Shown piece by piece: positions 24,501-39,100 of a stretch of DNA of 64,000 bases (its first letter is position 1; each line of letters opens with the position of its first letter). The translations under genes and the position numbers were made by a program. The stretch spans positions 124,001-188,000 of the forward strand of contig JAAOMT010000594.1 in assembly GCA_016748015.1 (NCBI GenBank). The letters run 5' to 3'. The notes under the pieces were generated by a model. The model was not told where the DNA came from. It saw only the letters and a list, made by a program, of their open reading frames with translations, and made no database searches. Source of the stretch: Geosiphon pyriformis uo1. Taxonomy: Eukaryota; Fungi; Glomeromycota.

Positions 24501-27500
24501 CTCTTTGATTGCTAAAGCTGTTAATAAGTCATCTTTTGTGATATTGGGCAGTGATTTCAATGAAGATGGCTCTCACAGGTGTGCTAGTTTCAGGAAATGT
24601 TTTGATTTGGGTTTGGTCAATACCTTGGGAGGAAGTTCGTTTGGGAGGAATGTGACTTGGACCAATTCTCAAGAGGTGGCCAAAGTTATTGATTACATGT
24701 TCGTGTTATCGAGCTTGGTTAATGCAATTTTAGATTGAAGTGTAGCTGGAGTTGATGAATATTTTGATACTGATCATAGGGCTGTTGCTGTTTCCATGGG
24801 CCTGAGTGGTCTTTTGGACATTAATTTGATGTCCTTTCGCAAGCAGGCGAATAAGGATTGATGGAAGTTCAATTTTAAGAATGCTACGGCTGCCAAATGG
24901 GCTGCATTCAAGGAATCTTCTGCTGCCACCACAGTAATGTTTAAGTGTAAGTTTGATGCTGTTCTATTGTTTCTAGATCTGGATGCTATGTGGGACATCG
25001 TTCACAAAATTGTGTGCTTATTAGCAAATGATATTTTCAAAAAAAAATGGTTCAAGGGTTATGATAATGTGTTTACTAAGGAATTTTCTAAGTTTCACAA
25101 GCTAGAACTTTTGGTGTCAAAACTAGTTAAAGCATCATGTTTGGTTTCTTCTGAAGAATTTGTTGCACTACTGAGTACGTGGAATTTGTTGAATGCTACA
25201 AATGCTTCTGTGGTGGAGTCTCTTTTTCTTTCAAGTCACGTTTTGAGATCATAAGATCTGTCTTGTTCAGAGTCAGAAAGTTGTATTATTCCTCTAAATT
25301 GTCCAAGTCAAAGCGTGCTGAAGAATCTCGTATCAAATCAGCAGTTAGTAAGAGGATGGAAAGTTTTGAAATGGATAAGGGTTATACAATTAAGAATGTG
25401 CTAGAGTGCCCCTTTCACAAGGTGGTAATGGATCATTTGGTTGTTGATGATGAACTGGTTTTGGATCCTAGTTTGGTTAAATCTAAGGTGGATGTTATCA
25501 TGGAAGGCTGGACCAGAAAATGCGAGTTGGTTGCTGATGTCTCTGCTGATGGGTGTCGCCAGTACCAACCCTTGGAGTATGTATTTGATGAGGCATTTTT
25601 GAGAATAATGGACCTTATTAGTTCTGTTGAGTTGCTTGGTATTGTGTCAGACTTGCCTAATGATAAAGCTGCTGGTTTGTCTGGTATTTCAAACAAGCTT
25701 TGAAAGCATTGTGACGAATCAGTTCTGAATATGTTGTTGGTGCTCTTGAACTCTTGTTTGCTCCATGAGTCAGTTCCTGGCCCTTGGAAGAAAGCTTGGA
25801 TGTCTATAATCCCCAAATCTTATGAGTGGAAGGGAGTTCTTATGAACACCCAACCCATTGCTTTGATTAAAACTGCTTGTAAGATCCTTTCAAAGATCTT
25901 CTCAGACAGGATTTCTTTGGCATGTAGTACTCACAATGTTCTCCGTAAGGACAATTTTTTTGTTTTGAAGGGCACAACAACACAGTCTCTTATCTTTGCT
26001 GTCGGCTCTGTGGTTGAGAATGCTTTGGAAAAAAACTGTGAGCTTTGGCTGGTATTGCAGAACATGGAGAAGGCCTATGATTCTGTTGGCTGGGAGCATT
26101 TGAAGAGGAGTCTAATTAGGATTAAGATGTGTGGCAGGTTCATTTGATTTTTTGGTAGCATTCACAATAACTGAGTCAACCGAGTAATGACTGACTTTGG
26201 CTTAACTAATGATTATCAAGTCCATAATAGTCTTGATCAAGGGGAAGTGTTCTTACCTTTTCTCTGGCATATATTTTATGATTCTCTTTTGTGTGAAGTC
26301 AAAAGGCAAGAAGAATTTTGTGGATATAGGTTGAATTCTTATTTCATTGCTAAGACTGGCCGTGTTGAACCTCAAGCTGGTTTTTCTTCTTTCTTTGCAG
26401 CTGGTGCTTTTGTGAATGATACAATTTGGGTTGGCAGCAGTCAGACTGCAACACAACACATTCTCAATGTTGCTAGTGAATTTTTTAGAATTAATGATAT
26501 TTCAATTAACAATGACAAAATGGTGGCAATTCCCATTAACTGTAGGGTTGTGAGCCCCTTTCTGACAATCAGTGGTTCACCAATTTTTATTGTTAAGAAA
26601 GAGGAACCTCACCAGTATTTGGGCATCTTTCTGTCTATAGATGGTTTGTTAAAACCCAGTTTGGCCAAGGCGTATTCGGATGTTCAGTTTTTTACCAATC
26701 TCATCCTGAAAAAAGCCATCTCTGATAAGCAGTTCTTGTATTTGGTTTCAGTGGTTCTGCACCCCATTGTCAGTTATAGAACGCAGTTTAGTTTTGTTCC
26801 ACTTAGTGTTTGCTGTAAATGGGATGCTCTGATTTGTAAAGGCTTCAAATCCAAGGTGGATCTTCCTTTGGACTTTCCCAATGATGCTCTTCATCATCCA
26901 TCCCTTTACAGCTTAAAGACTTTTAAGCAGATTCAGACTGAGAGTAAGTTAACATCCATAGTGTGTTTTGCCAATGCTGTTGGAATCCTGGGTTGGTTGT
27001 TTTTCCATAGGTTTCATGACTTACAGACTTTAAGCTGGCATCCTGTACACCTTTTGGTCTCTCCGGTTCATTTAAAATTAAATTCCTCAAACAATTTTCT
27101 GGTGGGTGTGGTTCATATTTTTGCCAACTGCAGCTTATCCTTTAGTAGTCCTGGCCCCAGTGCATTCTGATTCTCTCATGAAACTCCTATGTCTTTGGTT
27201 CTTGGGGAGGTGAAATTTTCTAGGTGTTTCTCCTCACTTCGGCGGTATGGAATTGCTTTTATAGAACAATTGTGTCAATGCAATGGTGGTGTTTTTGACT
27301 GGAAAACTTTCAAGTGTTGGAAAAGGCTGGATTCACGTGGCCCCATTCCTGATTGGTTTGGTGTTTCTGTTGGTTATCTTGGTGGTGTGAGTTCATTTTT
27401 TTCTGTTCATGGCTGTTCGGTAAGCATTTCTTCTGTTCTTAGTGTCTTGGAATCCACTGATTTTGATTTGGTTTGTAATCGTTTATTGGGATTGGGTGCT

Positions 27501-29326
27501 GATAGTCTTTTGGTCTATACCGATGGATCCTTGGCTGGTTTGGGCACTGTCAGTGTTAAATCAGGTGTGGTGGTTTTTTTTGATGATATTAATATGGGTT
27601 TAGGTGTTAAGGTCTCAGGTTTGTTGTCATCTACTTTGGCAGAATTGCAAGCTATTGCACTTGCTCTCGAGTGTGTTTCTGCAGTTAGCAAAGTTAGCTT
27701 ATTTTCAGATAGTCAGGCCACATTGGACGCTTGCAGATCGGAATTGGGTTTTGTGCATCTGGATTTTCAGAATAGTTGTTGGGTGGAGCGCTATCATATT
27801 GCTGGTCTTGTTTGTGCTAAGAGATTGGATGTCAGCTGGTGTAAGGTTAAAAGACATTCTGGTGTTGTAGGTAATGACCAGGCTGATGATCTGGCTGGCT
27901 ATGCGGCTCTTTCTGATTTTGTTCTTCCCCCCTGGCTGGATGAGCAGTTTATCCTGGCTGGTAGTAATCTGGTTTTGGGTAATTCTAGGCATTTTGTGCA
28001 TGACATTTATCGATCCATTCATCGTTCATGTTGGGGTTTCAGTTCGGGTAATAGGGTTGTCGCTGGCAAATTGCTCACAGATATCAATTGCCGCAGGTCC
28101 TCTTCTGTTTGGCATCCCAATTCACACATGGCTGTTGGCTTCACCAGTATTCAGACTGCTGGCTTGTGCATGTATTTTATGAAAGCTCTGCATCATAGGC
28201 TTCCTGTGACTGTTCGCAAACGCCTTTATGATAGGAGTTACCCTAGTGTGGTTTGCTTGTTTTGTGGAAGTGTGGAGGTCTCGGACCATGTTTTTTCTTG
28301 TGATTCTGACTTTGCTAATCATAATCGGCTGTTTGGTGATTTTGCAGTTAAATAGGAGGGCATTTCTGGCCTTCATGGCCCTTCTTTTCACATGCTGCGA
28401 ACTCTTTCTTTATGTATTTTTGACACCTTAGTCTGTGTTGCTCTATGCAAAGGCTTTGTTTTTAATGATTGGTTTTTTGAGGCGGATTCTGTTTTTGGTG
28501 ACCTGAAACTTGCTGGTGCAAAAATTGTGGACTTTATCTGTGATTTTTGTCTAGCTTTTAGAGATGAGGTTTGATTGGTCCATGTTAAACATTGTGCCTT
28601 TATGGAAAAGCATGGATTAATTCCTCGAAACGGTTCTGTGCCAGTTTCTATTTCTGGTCTGTCTTCCCTGTATTCAGTTGGAGTTGTCAGATTGTTGGGT
28701 ATTGATAATGCATTGGGCATTAGGTTTGGTTTGTGCAAATTTAGTTTGTTTGTTTCAGGCACTTTAGATGTGGTTTCTGTTTATATAGGTGCATAGTGTT
28801 GTTCTGATTGGCCTGAGTGGCTAGTCACGTGTAGAAAGTGCATGATTTATGCCTAATTTAGATCAATTTTTTGATGTATAGTTTTAGGTTGTGTTTGGAC
28901 TTCACTTAATAAACGTATATAAAAAAAAATTGCAATTCTCTGATAAAATACATTTTTTCAAAGAAAAAAGCTCTTTTTTTATACAATTTGTTGTAATACT
29001 AGTTTTTAAACTTGCACTTTTTTTTTTGCTATTATTTTGACAAATTAAAAATACATTTTAATAAATTATAAATTGTTTTTATAAACTATTAACTATTTTA
29101 GTAAACTATTAAATTATTTTATGAAATTCTACAAATTTTGACAAATTTTTAAATGTTATAAAGTTTAGGGTATTATATAATCTGATTATTATATTTGTGT
29201 ATTATACAAATTAGGTGATTAATTAAATAATAAGTAATAATTGAAATAATAATAATATGTTAATTAAAAATACAAAATTATAAGAGTAATTTTATGTTAA
29301 TTATTGATTAAATTCTATTAGTAACA
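21583..29326. repeat. Probable solo LTR 1 (21583-22156 + 28938-29326), split by LINE C
   Basis: Both halves align with LTR 34921-35888 (gaatctc...aatttatcttcaaattat; aacttgcactttt; taagagtaattttatg). Ends are tattactg...tagtaaca; TSD ambiguous (tat/tat). Confidence 0.75.
22174..28929 (+). mobile_element. LINE C: full-length inactivated non-LTR retrotransposon (ORF1 22310-24109; ORF2 24106-28796)
   Basis: APE, RT (KAYDSVGW, FVNDT), RNase H (YTDGS, AELQAI, SDSQ), CLFC..H...C, poly(A); 12-bp TSD AAAATTGCAATT at 22145-22156 / 28926-28937. Confidence 0.95.
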
Positions 29327-32300
29327 TATTAAAATTAAGTCTTATTAAAGTCCAAATACTATCTATAATATCTAAATAGTAATTCAGTATTATTAAAATA
29401 ATTTGGTCTAAAAATTGTTAAAATTTTAGTTTTGTAAATTTGTTAATATATTGAATCTTTATTGGTTAAAATATTAGATTTTGTAAAACGTTTTTACAAA
29501 TATTAAATAAGTTATAAAGTTTAAAAGCTGCTTTAAGTTTGTATTGTATATTTGTTGGTTCAGTTGTTATTTAAAATTTGTGATGTATTTTTTTTTGTAT
29601 AGCTTTAGAAATAAAATTGGCTGCTTTAAGTTCTAATTTCTATTAATATAATGTTTTTTTAATTTGAAAATATTGATAAATAGGAGTATATTTACTGTTT
29701 TTATTAAAACACAGTTGAAGTTTTTGTTATATTGTAACATTTAAAGAAATGTTTATAAGAATAAACAATAAGTTTTTTTTTAAAGCTTGTTTCAAAAGTT
29801 TTGGTAAATAAATTCCAAAAAAACTTCTTGTTTTTTTTCTATAAGAATAGTAATTCTAAAAATTATTTATTATTAAAATTGTAGTTTTTTTCTAAATGTA
29901 ATTAATTTGACTTTTATTAATTGTTATAGATAAGTTAAGAAGTAACAGTTTTTTTAAATTGTAATAAGTAATAATTTAACTAAATTAATACTAACTCTAT
30001 TAAAAGACTGTTTAACTTTGATTAAATTTAAAGATTTAGTAAGAAAAATTCCTTTTTTCTTTAATAATTATTATAATATTTTACATATTGTCAAATATTT
30101 TTTACAAGTATAACTAAAAATAATGTTCAAGTGTTTTTTAAATAATACTATTTTTTCATAAATATGATAATAAAAAATTAATATATATATTATATAAAAT
30201 TGGTTTTTTTTTGATTTATTGTATTAAACTAAATAAATTGTTTGAGTTTTGGCAATTTTAATAATAAATTTTGTTGTAATATAGAAAATATTGTTTTGCT
30301 TAGTGTTATAATTGGTGTTTTTTAACTAAAAACCAATTTTTTGACATGATAAGAGTCTTTAAATAGTTTTAATATTGTTTTAATTTTCAGAATATATTTT
30401 TTATTAATTGTTGTTATTGAGTTAGTAAGTTGTTGGTATTAATTTTAATCTTATCTTATTTTTAAAAAACTATCTACATTGATATGTAATTTTTTTGGTT
30501 TGTAGTAAACAATATATTTATAGTTAATTAAAAAATTAGTTTATTAAAATTGTTTGATACTAAGTTTTGAATTCTTTTTATTAAGTCATTTGAAGCCAAT
30601 ATTGTTAATAATAATATCAAAAGTTTTTTTTCTTATAGATACTGTTAAAAGTATTTAAGAGTCCAAATAATAACTATTGTTTTCAATTTTGTGAAACCAT
30701 ATTTGAATTTTGTTGGGTTAAGTATTCTATTAGTATAAATAATTATTTGCTTATTATTATTATTATTTAATTGTAATAAAATAATATTAAAGACTATATA
30801 TAAAGTATTTATGACTAATTAAAACTGTTTATTAAAGTTTAGATAGATAAAAATTAGAACTGTTGTTAACTTTTTCTTAAAGATATTAAAAAAATTTTGT
30901 TGTGCTAAAGTTTATTAATATTTTATATTTTTATTGATTAAATAGTTAAGAAACTTTGCAATTTCACAATATTTTTTAATAAACTTTTTATAGTATAAGA
31001 CTAATTTATTAAATTTTCTCAATTCAATAATGTTTTAAAAAACTTTAAAGTTTTGTATAATATTGATCTTTTCTGAATTTGGCTTGATTTTATCTTTGTT
31101 GACTATATAATTTAAGAAAACCAAACTTATTTTTTCAAAGTAATATTTTGCAATATTTAATTTTAATCCTATTTTTTATAATTGTTAAAAAATTTCTTGT
31201 AAATAAATAAAATAAGCTTTAAAAGTTAGAAAGTAAACATTAATGTTGTTGAGATAAACAATTACTAATTATTATAGTAATATTTTATATACAATATTTA
31301 TAAAATGTTAAAATATTGTTAATATATTATAAAATTTAAAAAACATAATATTAAACTTATAATTTTTTTTGAATAGTAAAGACTGTTTTTAGGCAGTTTT
31401 TTAGATTTATTTTAACTTATTAGTATTTGTTTTTTAAGTCTAAAGTTAAAAAAAACTTGGCTTTTCTTAGAACATCTAATATATTGTTAATTTTTAATAA
31501 AGAATAAGTATTTTTAATTATAATACTATTCAATTGACAATAATTAACACAAAATATAATTTTGACATTTTTTTTGACCAAAACAACTAGTAAAGTTCAA
31601 AAGCTTTTTAATAATTAGATAAGACTATTTTTGAGTATTTGTTAACTTTTTTTCTTAATAAATTTGCAAGTAAAACTTAATATGCTTATTGGGATTTTAA
31701 TAAAGCATTTTTAGTATAAATCTGGTGCTAAATAATATCAGTTTTTTTTAGATTATTATTGTTTTTAGCAAATATATTAGCATATTCTGTAATAAGCTTT
31801 TTAAGTAGTCTTTGCTGTTAAGATTTCAAAAAATTCATGTTAATTTGCAATAATTTTTTCTGTGATGTAATAATTTTCAATATTGGTAGTAATATTAAAA
31901 TTGAAAAATAAAATATGTCTTACAATCTTAGTAAAATTAAAGACAGTTTGTAAGATTTTTTTTAGAAAATATTACTATGTATAATTCTGATTTCTAGTTT
32001 ATTTAATTAAATAATGAAGTAATTGTAAAAATTATAAAATATAACTTAAAACTTTTTTGTTTTCTTGGATATATAAATGTTTAATATAGAAATATTATGT
32101 TTTCTGTAAATTTGTTTATTAAATTTGAAAATTTGTTGTATAATAATAGATTTGGAACAAATATAGATTTTTTGATGTTTTTTAAAAGATTAGATAGTAA
32201 TTTGTTAAGAAAGTTAAAAAATCTGGTAAGATTTTTTTGTATATTAAAAACTATGTTTACTAGAATCATAAATTATCTAATTAAACCAAAATCTTGAATT

Positions 32301-34920
32301 TTTTTGTTATTTTTGCCTAATTGTTTTTTTTGATTAATTGATTACAAATCCAAAATAGAAATTAAGAATAAGTAAATAGCTTAAACAATTTTTTTACCAT
32401 GTTTAATTTTGAATAGTTTTTTGATTTTGTTTTGTAACATAATTTGATATTTTTTATATATTTTGTATCTATAACTTTTATTTTAACATTGATTTTTTTA
32501 CTAATTAAAGATAATTAAGAAGCAATTTAAATTATTGCTTTTGGTAAAATTTCAAAAGCTATTTTAAGATTAATTTTTGTTAAAAACTTTGGTTAAAAAA
32601 CCAAAATATTTTTGTCAAAATATTGTAGATCATATTTGTATTAATTTTGTGAACTTTTTCTGGTTTGATTTTTTGACTATTATTATTGAAGTACTTAAGT
32701 TGTATAACAGATTGATTTTTAATAAAGTAAACTAGAATAATTGGTAACTTTTTTTTTAGTTTTGTTTTACCAAATTCGATTTTATTTTCATTATCTTCAA
32801 TAAGTAATAGTATATTAAAAGCATAATATTCTGGATACTATTAATTATTACATAACATAACATATTATATTTTTTACACAATTGAATATTTATCTGTTCT
32901 AACTGTTAAATTTGGGTTTTTTTAAAAAGATAAATATAACTGATAATTAGGTAGTACTTTTCTACTTTATCTTTATAGTTATATTTAACAATTTCAAAAA
33001 TATACTTAATATATTTAGCTTCTTTTATTTGTCAGACATTTTCTTGAATTTTTTTATTAATTAAAATTATTGTTAGTTTATAGATTATTTTAGTATTATA
33101 AAGATAATAATATAGTTTGTTAAAAACACTGTTATATATTATATTAAATAAAATTTCTTTCTTAATATTTTTGGTAATTGATAAAACATATTAGTAAATT
33201 TGATTATATACTCTACTTTTTATTACAATATTGATCTAGTTATATTTATTTTAACAGTAATTTTTCATATGTAAAACAAAGTATATTGTCTTATTTTTTA
33301 TTTTGTTTTGAACTGCCAAATTATTTCTGGTAATAAACTTTACAGTAATAATAAATGTGAATTTTATATTTTTTTTCTGATAATATGTAAGCTCTTATAG
33401 ATGAAAGTTTTTATTGTAGTCTTTGTATTTAAATAGAATATAGAACAATTGCTTTTTTGGTTTTAGTTTTAAATATAGAACATATTAATTATTAACTAAT
33501 TTAATTGTAAAGATAAATTGTTGGTTAGTTTTTTCAAATTATAATAATATTAGTTGTAATATAAATGTCTTGAATAGCTGCTCAGTTTTTTCAGCCCAAT
33601 TAGATGTTAATTCAAAAGCCATGTAAAATTCAGTAATTGGTTTTTTTTTTCCTTTTTAAATTTAAATACAAAGATTTTTTTGATTATTTGTTGAAAATAA
33701 CATAAGTAACAGATATTTTAATGTATTGTTTTTGGTATAAAATTTTAAGTTTATGTATTTTCCAGTCTAAATTTGTATTGGTTTTGAAAAACCAATTATT
33801 TCTGACTAGAGCTTAATATTGAAATACATTTATAATTAAAATTTTAACTAAAATAGTAATTTTATTAATTATAAAGAAGAAATTGTCAATTTTTTATACT
33901 AAAATTTTTTTATATTATTAGCAATAACAATGACTGTTTAGGTTGGTCTGTTAATAGTTTGTTTAAACTGTTATATTAATTAATAAATAATAATGCTTTT
34001 GGCTAATTTATTGTTTAAAATTAAATAGTTTGGTTTTTTCTTTATTTTAACTTTAATATATATTACAGTAATTGTTTTTTGTTTTATAATAGCTGTATTT
34101 TTAAGCAAAAATGATAATTTATTTGCTTTAAATTTAAATAGAAAGATATCTTAAAGATTAATATTTTTGGCAATTTAAACTGGTAAAATAGTTTGAAAGT
34201 TATTAGAAAAATTTTGTTTAAGTGCTACAACTTTATCTTTAAAAAATAATTTATTAAAAATTCAATTTTTTTAATATTGTTAGATAACTAAATTAAATGT
34301 GATAATATATGAGTTTTTGTTGTAAATTGTTTTAAGGAATTAATTAGTTATTGGTATTAATTTTATTGCTATTAATTACAAAATAGTTTTACAATAAAAA
34401 TTGGTTTTGCTAAACCAATTTTCTTGTAAGTACTTGGTATTATTGAATAGATAATAATTATTGAAACTGTTATTGAATTAATTGTATAACAGATTTATAG
34501 TAATTGTATTAGTATTAGTATCTTGGAGAATAATAACTAGTAGTAAAAGTAGATAATAAGATTGCTGCAATTGGGAATAATATTAATTATTTTTTTGTTG
34601 TTAGTTTCTTTGTATTTTCTTACAAACTTATTTTCAATATCTTAAAATCTTATAATAGTAACAATTTTAAGATTGGTTGTTAAATGATAATAAAAAATTA
34701 TTTTGGTTTTATTATTGTAGTTGATATTTTTGTTATTACTATTGTTATTAATTGGTAAAATAGGTTTCAATTTTTTTGGTTAGTTAATCAATTTTTTTTT
34801 CAGCTATTAAGTTGGTTTTTTTAATAACTAAGTTAACAAGTTTGGTACAGTTGGCTTTTTTAATTACTATTTTATAGGTCTTAGCATATTGAATAATTGT
34901 AACTAGATCTTTTTAAACAT
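29327..34920 (-). mobile_element. Heavily AT-decayed Ty3/gypsy-type relic: gag 3' part, RT, and probably RNase H/integrase
   Basis: Minus strand near 31.2-31.4 kb reads YKFNIMF...VYLNNINVY (decayed YEFNVMPFG...VYLDD), followed by SLVFLNYIVNK. Gag-like KKANCTKLVNL at about 34.8 kb. Confidence 0.8.
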
Positions 34921-35888
34921 TGTTACCAGAGGTTTTTGGTCTCTTTTCTTGAATGTTGTTACTATTTGTCTATTGCTAATTTCACGTTTTTTGGAAGCAA
35001 TTGAATCTCCAATAACCAAATTTATCTTCAAATTATCTCCTATAATTTGAACTGCTGGGCTTATAAGTAAAATGGCCAATTCTGTGCCAGTTGCTTTATG
35101 TAGTTACGTTGTAGTAAACATCAACTTTTTCCCAGGAATTGCTCATCTGGAAGCTTACTAAAAATGTGTAGTTACTTTGCTGTAAAAGTCAACTCTTCTA
35201 CAGGAATCTTGTTTGTAGGCTACCTTAATGATTATGATAAGAAAAAGTAAAAGAAAAATAAAGAAATGTAAAAGAAAATAGAATTGTCAAGGAAAACGTT
35301 TTCTATCCAGGCCTGGAGTCACTAACAAATTACTGAAATTAGTAGCTAATCAATTTCGAAATGTTAGTTGTATTGAGGGAATTTCAAATGTAATAATCAA
35401 AGGATTTTGTTTTTCGAATATTTAATTTTTATTTGAGATGTTTTTAAAAGTGATTTGTTCTAATTAAGATGTTTAAAGTAAAATACTATGATAAAATACT
35501 ATGAGAAAATGCATTTTCTTGAAAAAAAAAGCTTTTTTTTTATACAACTTGTTGTAGTACTAGTCTTTGAACTTGCACTTTTCTTTTTGCTACAATTTGG
35601 GTGAACTAAAGATACATTTCGGCAAACTACAAGTTATTTCACTGAACTATTGATTATTTCGACCAATTTTCATTAATTTTGACGAATTTTGACTATGTTA
35701 AATGGTTCAGAGTATTGTGTAATTTGATCATCTTAATTTCTATAGTACAAATTGGATTATTAAAATAATATTTGATAATTTGATTAATAATAAGTGATAA
35801 TCAAAATAATAATAATATATGCTAATTAATAATAAAAATTATAAGAGTAATTTTATGCTAATTAATAGCTAAAATTCTACTGATAACA
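34921..35888. repeat. Solo LTR 2 (968 bp) inserted in the gag of the gypsy relic
   Basis: TGTTACCA...TGATAACA termini; perfect 4-bp TSD ACAT at 34917-34920 / 35889-35892; the gag frame continues across it. Confidence 0.85.
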
Positions 35889-35892
35889 ACAT

Positions 35893-36096
35893 ATAGACAA
35901 ACTTTTTTAATTAATTTATTCTTGAATTCAATAATAAATTGGTCTAAGATTTAAGCATTAGAATAATAATTATTGGTTTTCAATTGACAAATTTGTTAAA
36001 AAAATTTGTTGAATTTTCCAAAATAAATTATGACAGATTTAGAAAATTTTTGTTTAATGTTTTAGAATTAATTTTGAAAAGTAATAAAAATATTAT
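35893..36096 (-). mobile_element. Gag fragment of the same gypsy relic
   Basis: Reads ITFQN*F*NIKQ...NA*ILDQFIIEFKNKLIKKVCL and joins 34916 once LTR 2 is removed. Confidence 0.7.
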
Positions 36097-36114
36097 ATAA
36101 TAAAATTAAAACAA

Positions 36115-39100
36115 ATTTTTTTCTTGTCGATCCCCTGATCACGACAAGAGTTTTTATACTGCCGAAGTTATAGCTTTTCTTTTTTCCTTTCCCTTTGTTA
36201 CCTTTAATTATTTCTTTCTACATACCCAATTTTGTTATGATAGATCCAGTGGGCTCTTTTGCTGATGGTTCTGGTTCTGGCTCGGCTAAGTTGGAATTCC
36301 AGGCTGTTGCTAAAAAGAAAGCATGTGTTGAAAGTGTATACTCTCAGAATCTCTCTTACAAAAAATCAAAAAAACCTGATGTTACTAGTGTGGTGATAGA
36401 TTCATTGGCTGGATCTTTTTCTGGCCACGTTTTACAGAGTGATTGTGATGAACATAAAGTGTCTTGGGATAGTAAGGTGAAGAGTGAAGATGTTAGCATC
36501 AGTGGGGTATTTGACATTGAGAACATGAACAACATGGTGGCCAAAGAGACGAGTTACATGGACTCCAATGCCTCTGAGACTGATAACATAGTGGACAATG
36601 CGATTCCTAGAAAAATGCATATAAGAACCTATATCTTAGAATAGCTGCCAAAAGCACTATTTTTCAGAAATTTGAGTGATAACAATGCTGAAATAGTGCT
36701 TCCTGAGGCTAAATTTGTTGGGTCCAATCAGCTGTCACTTGTTGTGTCATGTGTTTTGGAAAAAAGAAGCTTTAAGCTAGTAAAATTGTTTGCATTGAAT
36801 GTTGAGTTATTTGCTGTGTCTGGAAAAACAAATAGTGATAAGTTAATTGCAATCAAAAAAATTTTCTATTGAATTGATAGTTTTGAAGGAGTGTCAACTC
36901 CCTCAAAATTTCCAGAGATCATCAGAGCTTTGTTTACATCTGAGTTTAATATGAAAAAGGCAAAGGAATTGGCAATCTGTAAGAAAATTATTGTCAATAA
37001 TGATCTAAAAAGATAAACAGCTGTTTAAATTGGAAGGTAATTGTTAAGGAAATCCCAATAAATCTTCTCAGATTGGTGATTGAGTCAGTGTTCTTTAAAT
37101 TTGGTCAGATGATTTCAATTAAAATGTAACTGATTGGGCTTTGGCAAAAAGCTTTAGTGGAATTTGAGTCATCAGATGTGGCTAGCTTGGTTGCTTCTAA
37201 ATAGTTGGTTCTTGTAGGTAAAAATTCTGTTCGTGTTGTATTGGCAGTGAATGACAAAAAATTGTGGGTAGTGAGAAATTGTCATTGGGCATTGCTTTAT
37301 ATTCTTTTTGTTAGTATGATGGCTTATGATCTTTCTGATTTGTTGGAATTATATGGTGGAAAGACACGCTTCATTGGCCATAATCCCAGCTTATATGTAC
37401 ATGATAAATATGCGATTGTGTGCTTTGTTGATAAGACTTCCAAATTGGTTGCTATTGGTTCTATTCTAGTGTTTAAAGGTGTGAATTTGTGCTGGGCTGG
37501 CCTTTCTTTGGCCCATTGTGCTCATTGCAAACAGTTTGGTCATATCTCTATAAGGTGTTCATTGAGTAGAAATTCTGGTGCTTGTAGTAAGCGGGTGGTA
37601 ACTCCTTAAGATTGGGTCTATTTGGCAAACATATATAAAAAGAAGCAAGCACCAATTGTTTGCCCAGTTTTTTTCAGTGGAAAAACTTGGGCTCAGGTGG
37701 CTAGTGATTCTTCTTTTCAGGTGGTTTTATTAAATTTTTCTGGTGTTGGCTCATCTTCAGGTGCAAAACCTGTTCTGTTGGTTTCTAACTTTCTTGATAA
37801 TTCCTGTTTGGTTGATCGATTGGCTTCTCTAGAGCACTCTTTGGAGCTTTTAGCAAACCAGGTTTCGGATATTTTGATTAAATTGAGTTTTGTGAAATTG
37901 GTGCCTTTGGCATCCAGTTCTCAAGTATTTTCTCTGGTTGTTGTTGTGTCTGTTACAGCTAATATGAATTCAGATATGGCTCTTAATAATACAATGGTAT
38001 CTCATTTTCTTCCTCTTTCAGTTGTTGCTGATTTAGTTGTTGACTTAAGTTCAAGTAGTTCTAAAGTTTTGACCACCAAGGTGGGTGGATTAGAGTCCAA
38101 GATAGTGGCTTTGAAGGTGTCAGTTGAATCTGTTTTGGAAAAATTGGATCATTTGTGCTCAGGCTTGGATTCATCAATTTTTCTTGCTTCCCAATAAGTG
38201 AATTCATGTGGAAATTTGTGACATGTAATATTTGTGGTATCAATGTCTCTGCCAAGCAGAAGAATATTATCTGTTGGCATAAAGATTCTGGAAATTTGGT
38301 TTTGATAATTACAGAAACTAAGCTGAAGTCTAGCAACAGGCTTTGGATTAAAGATAAGTTCAGTGATGTCAGAGTTTTTTCATCTGGATTGGACAAGGAC
38401 TTTCTTGGTGCTGGGGTCACAATTATTATGAACATTTTTCTAGCTCGTCATGTTAGTAAGATTTTTGAAGTGCCTGGTTGGCTCTTTTTAGTTAAGCTGT
38501 TATTCAAAAATAAACTTTCTGTGTCAATTTTGGGGCTTTATGCTGGGGTGTCTCTGGCTGTTTGTTTCTCTCAGTCTAATAATATCAATTCTATAATAGC
38601 TAAGGTGGTCAATGAATCTTCTTTTGTGGTTTTGGGTGGCAACTTCAATAAAGATGACTCCTGAAGGTGTGTTAGTTTCAAAAAATGTCTAGATCTTGGT
38701 TTGGTTAATTCTTTGAGTGGAAGTTCTTGTGTTAAAAAGTTTACATGGGCTAACTCTTGGAGTATGGCTAAGACTATTGATTTTTTGTTCATTTTTTCAA
38801 ACTTGGTCAATGCTGTAGTGGATCATGAGGTGTCTAATGTTGGTGAATTTTTTAATACTAATCATTAGGCTGTTTTTATGTTTGTGGGTTTGGGTGGACT
38901 TTTGGACAAGCAGTTGAATTTTCTTCACAAGCAAGTAAATAGAGATCAATGGAAGTTTGAGTTCAAAGGTGCTAATAAGGATAAATGGAACAATTTCAAA
39001 GGTGCTACATTAGCCAATGCTGCAATGTTCTCAAATGTGTTTCCCATCTTTGCTAGATTTTCAAATTTGAATGCAATATGGAATACCATTCGCAAAATAA

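Noticed and set aside
22310-28796. Stop-codon reassignment or recoding to explain the many in-frame stops
   Set aside because: Stops fall at different positions in each copy, derive from CGA/CAR/TGG by transition, and host genes use the standard code.
28800-28850. CTGAT...GAAA in the LINE 3' UTR as a hammerhead ribozyme
   Set aside because: The core is CTGATYG rather than CTGANGA, GAAA is not conserved in copies A and E, and stem geometry does not fit.
21583-35888. Two similar LTRs flanking pol looked like one intact LTR element
   Set aside because: LTR 2 has its own ACAT TSD, gag continues beyond it, and no PBS/PPT abuts the inner LTR ends; these are independent insertions.
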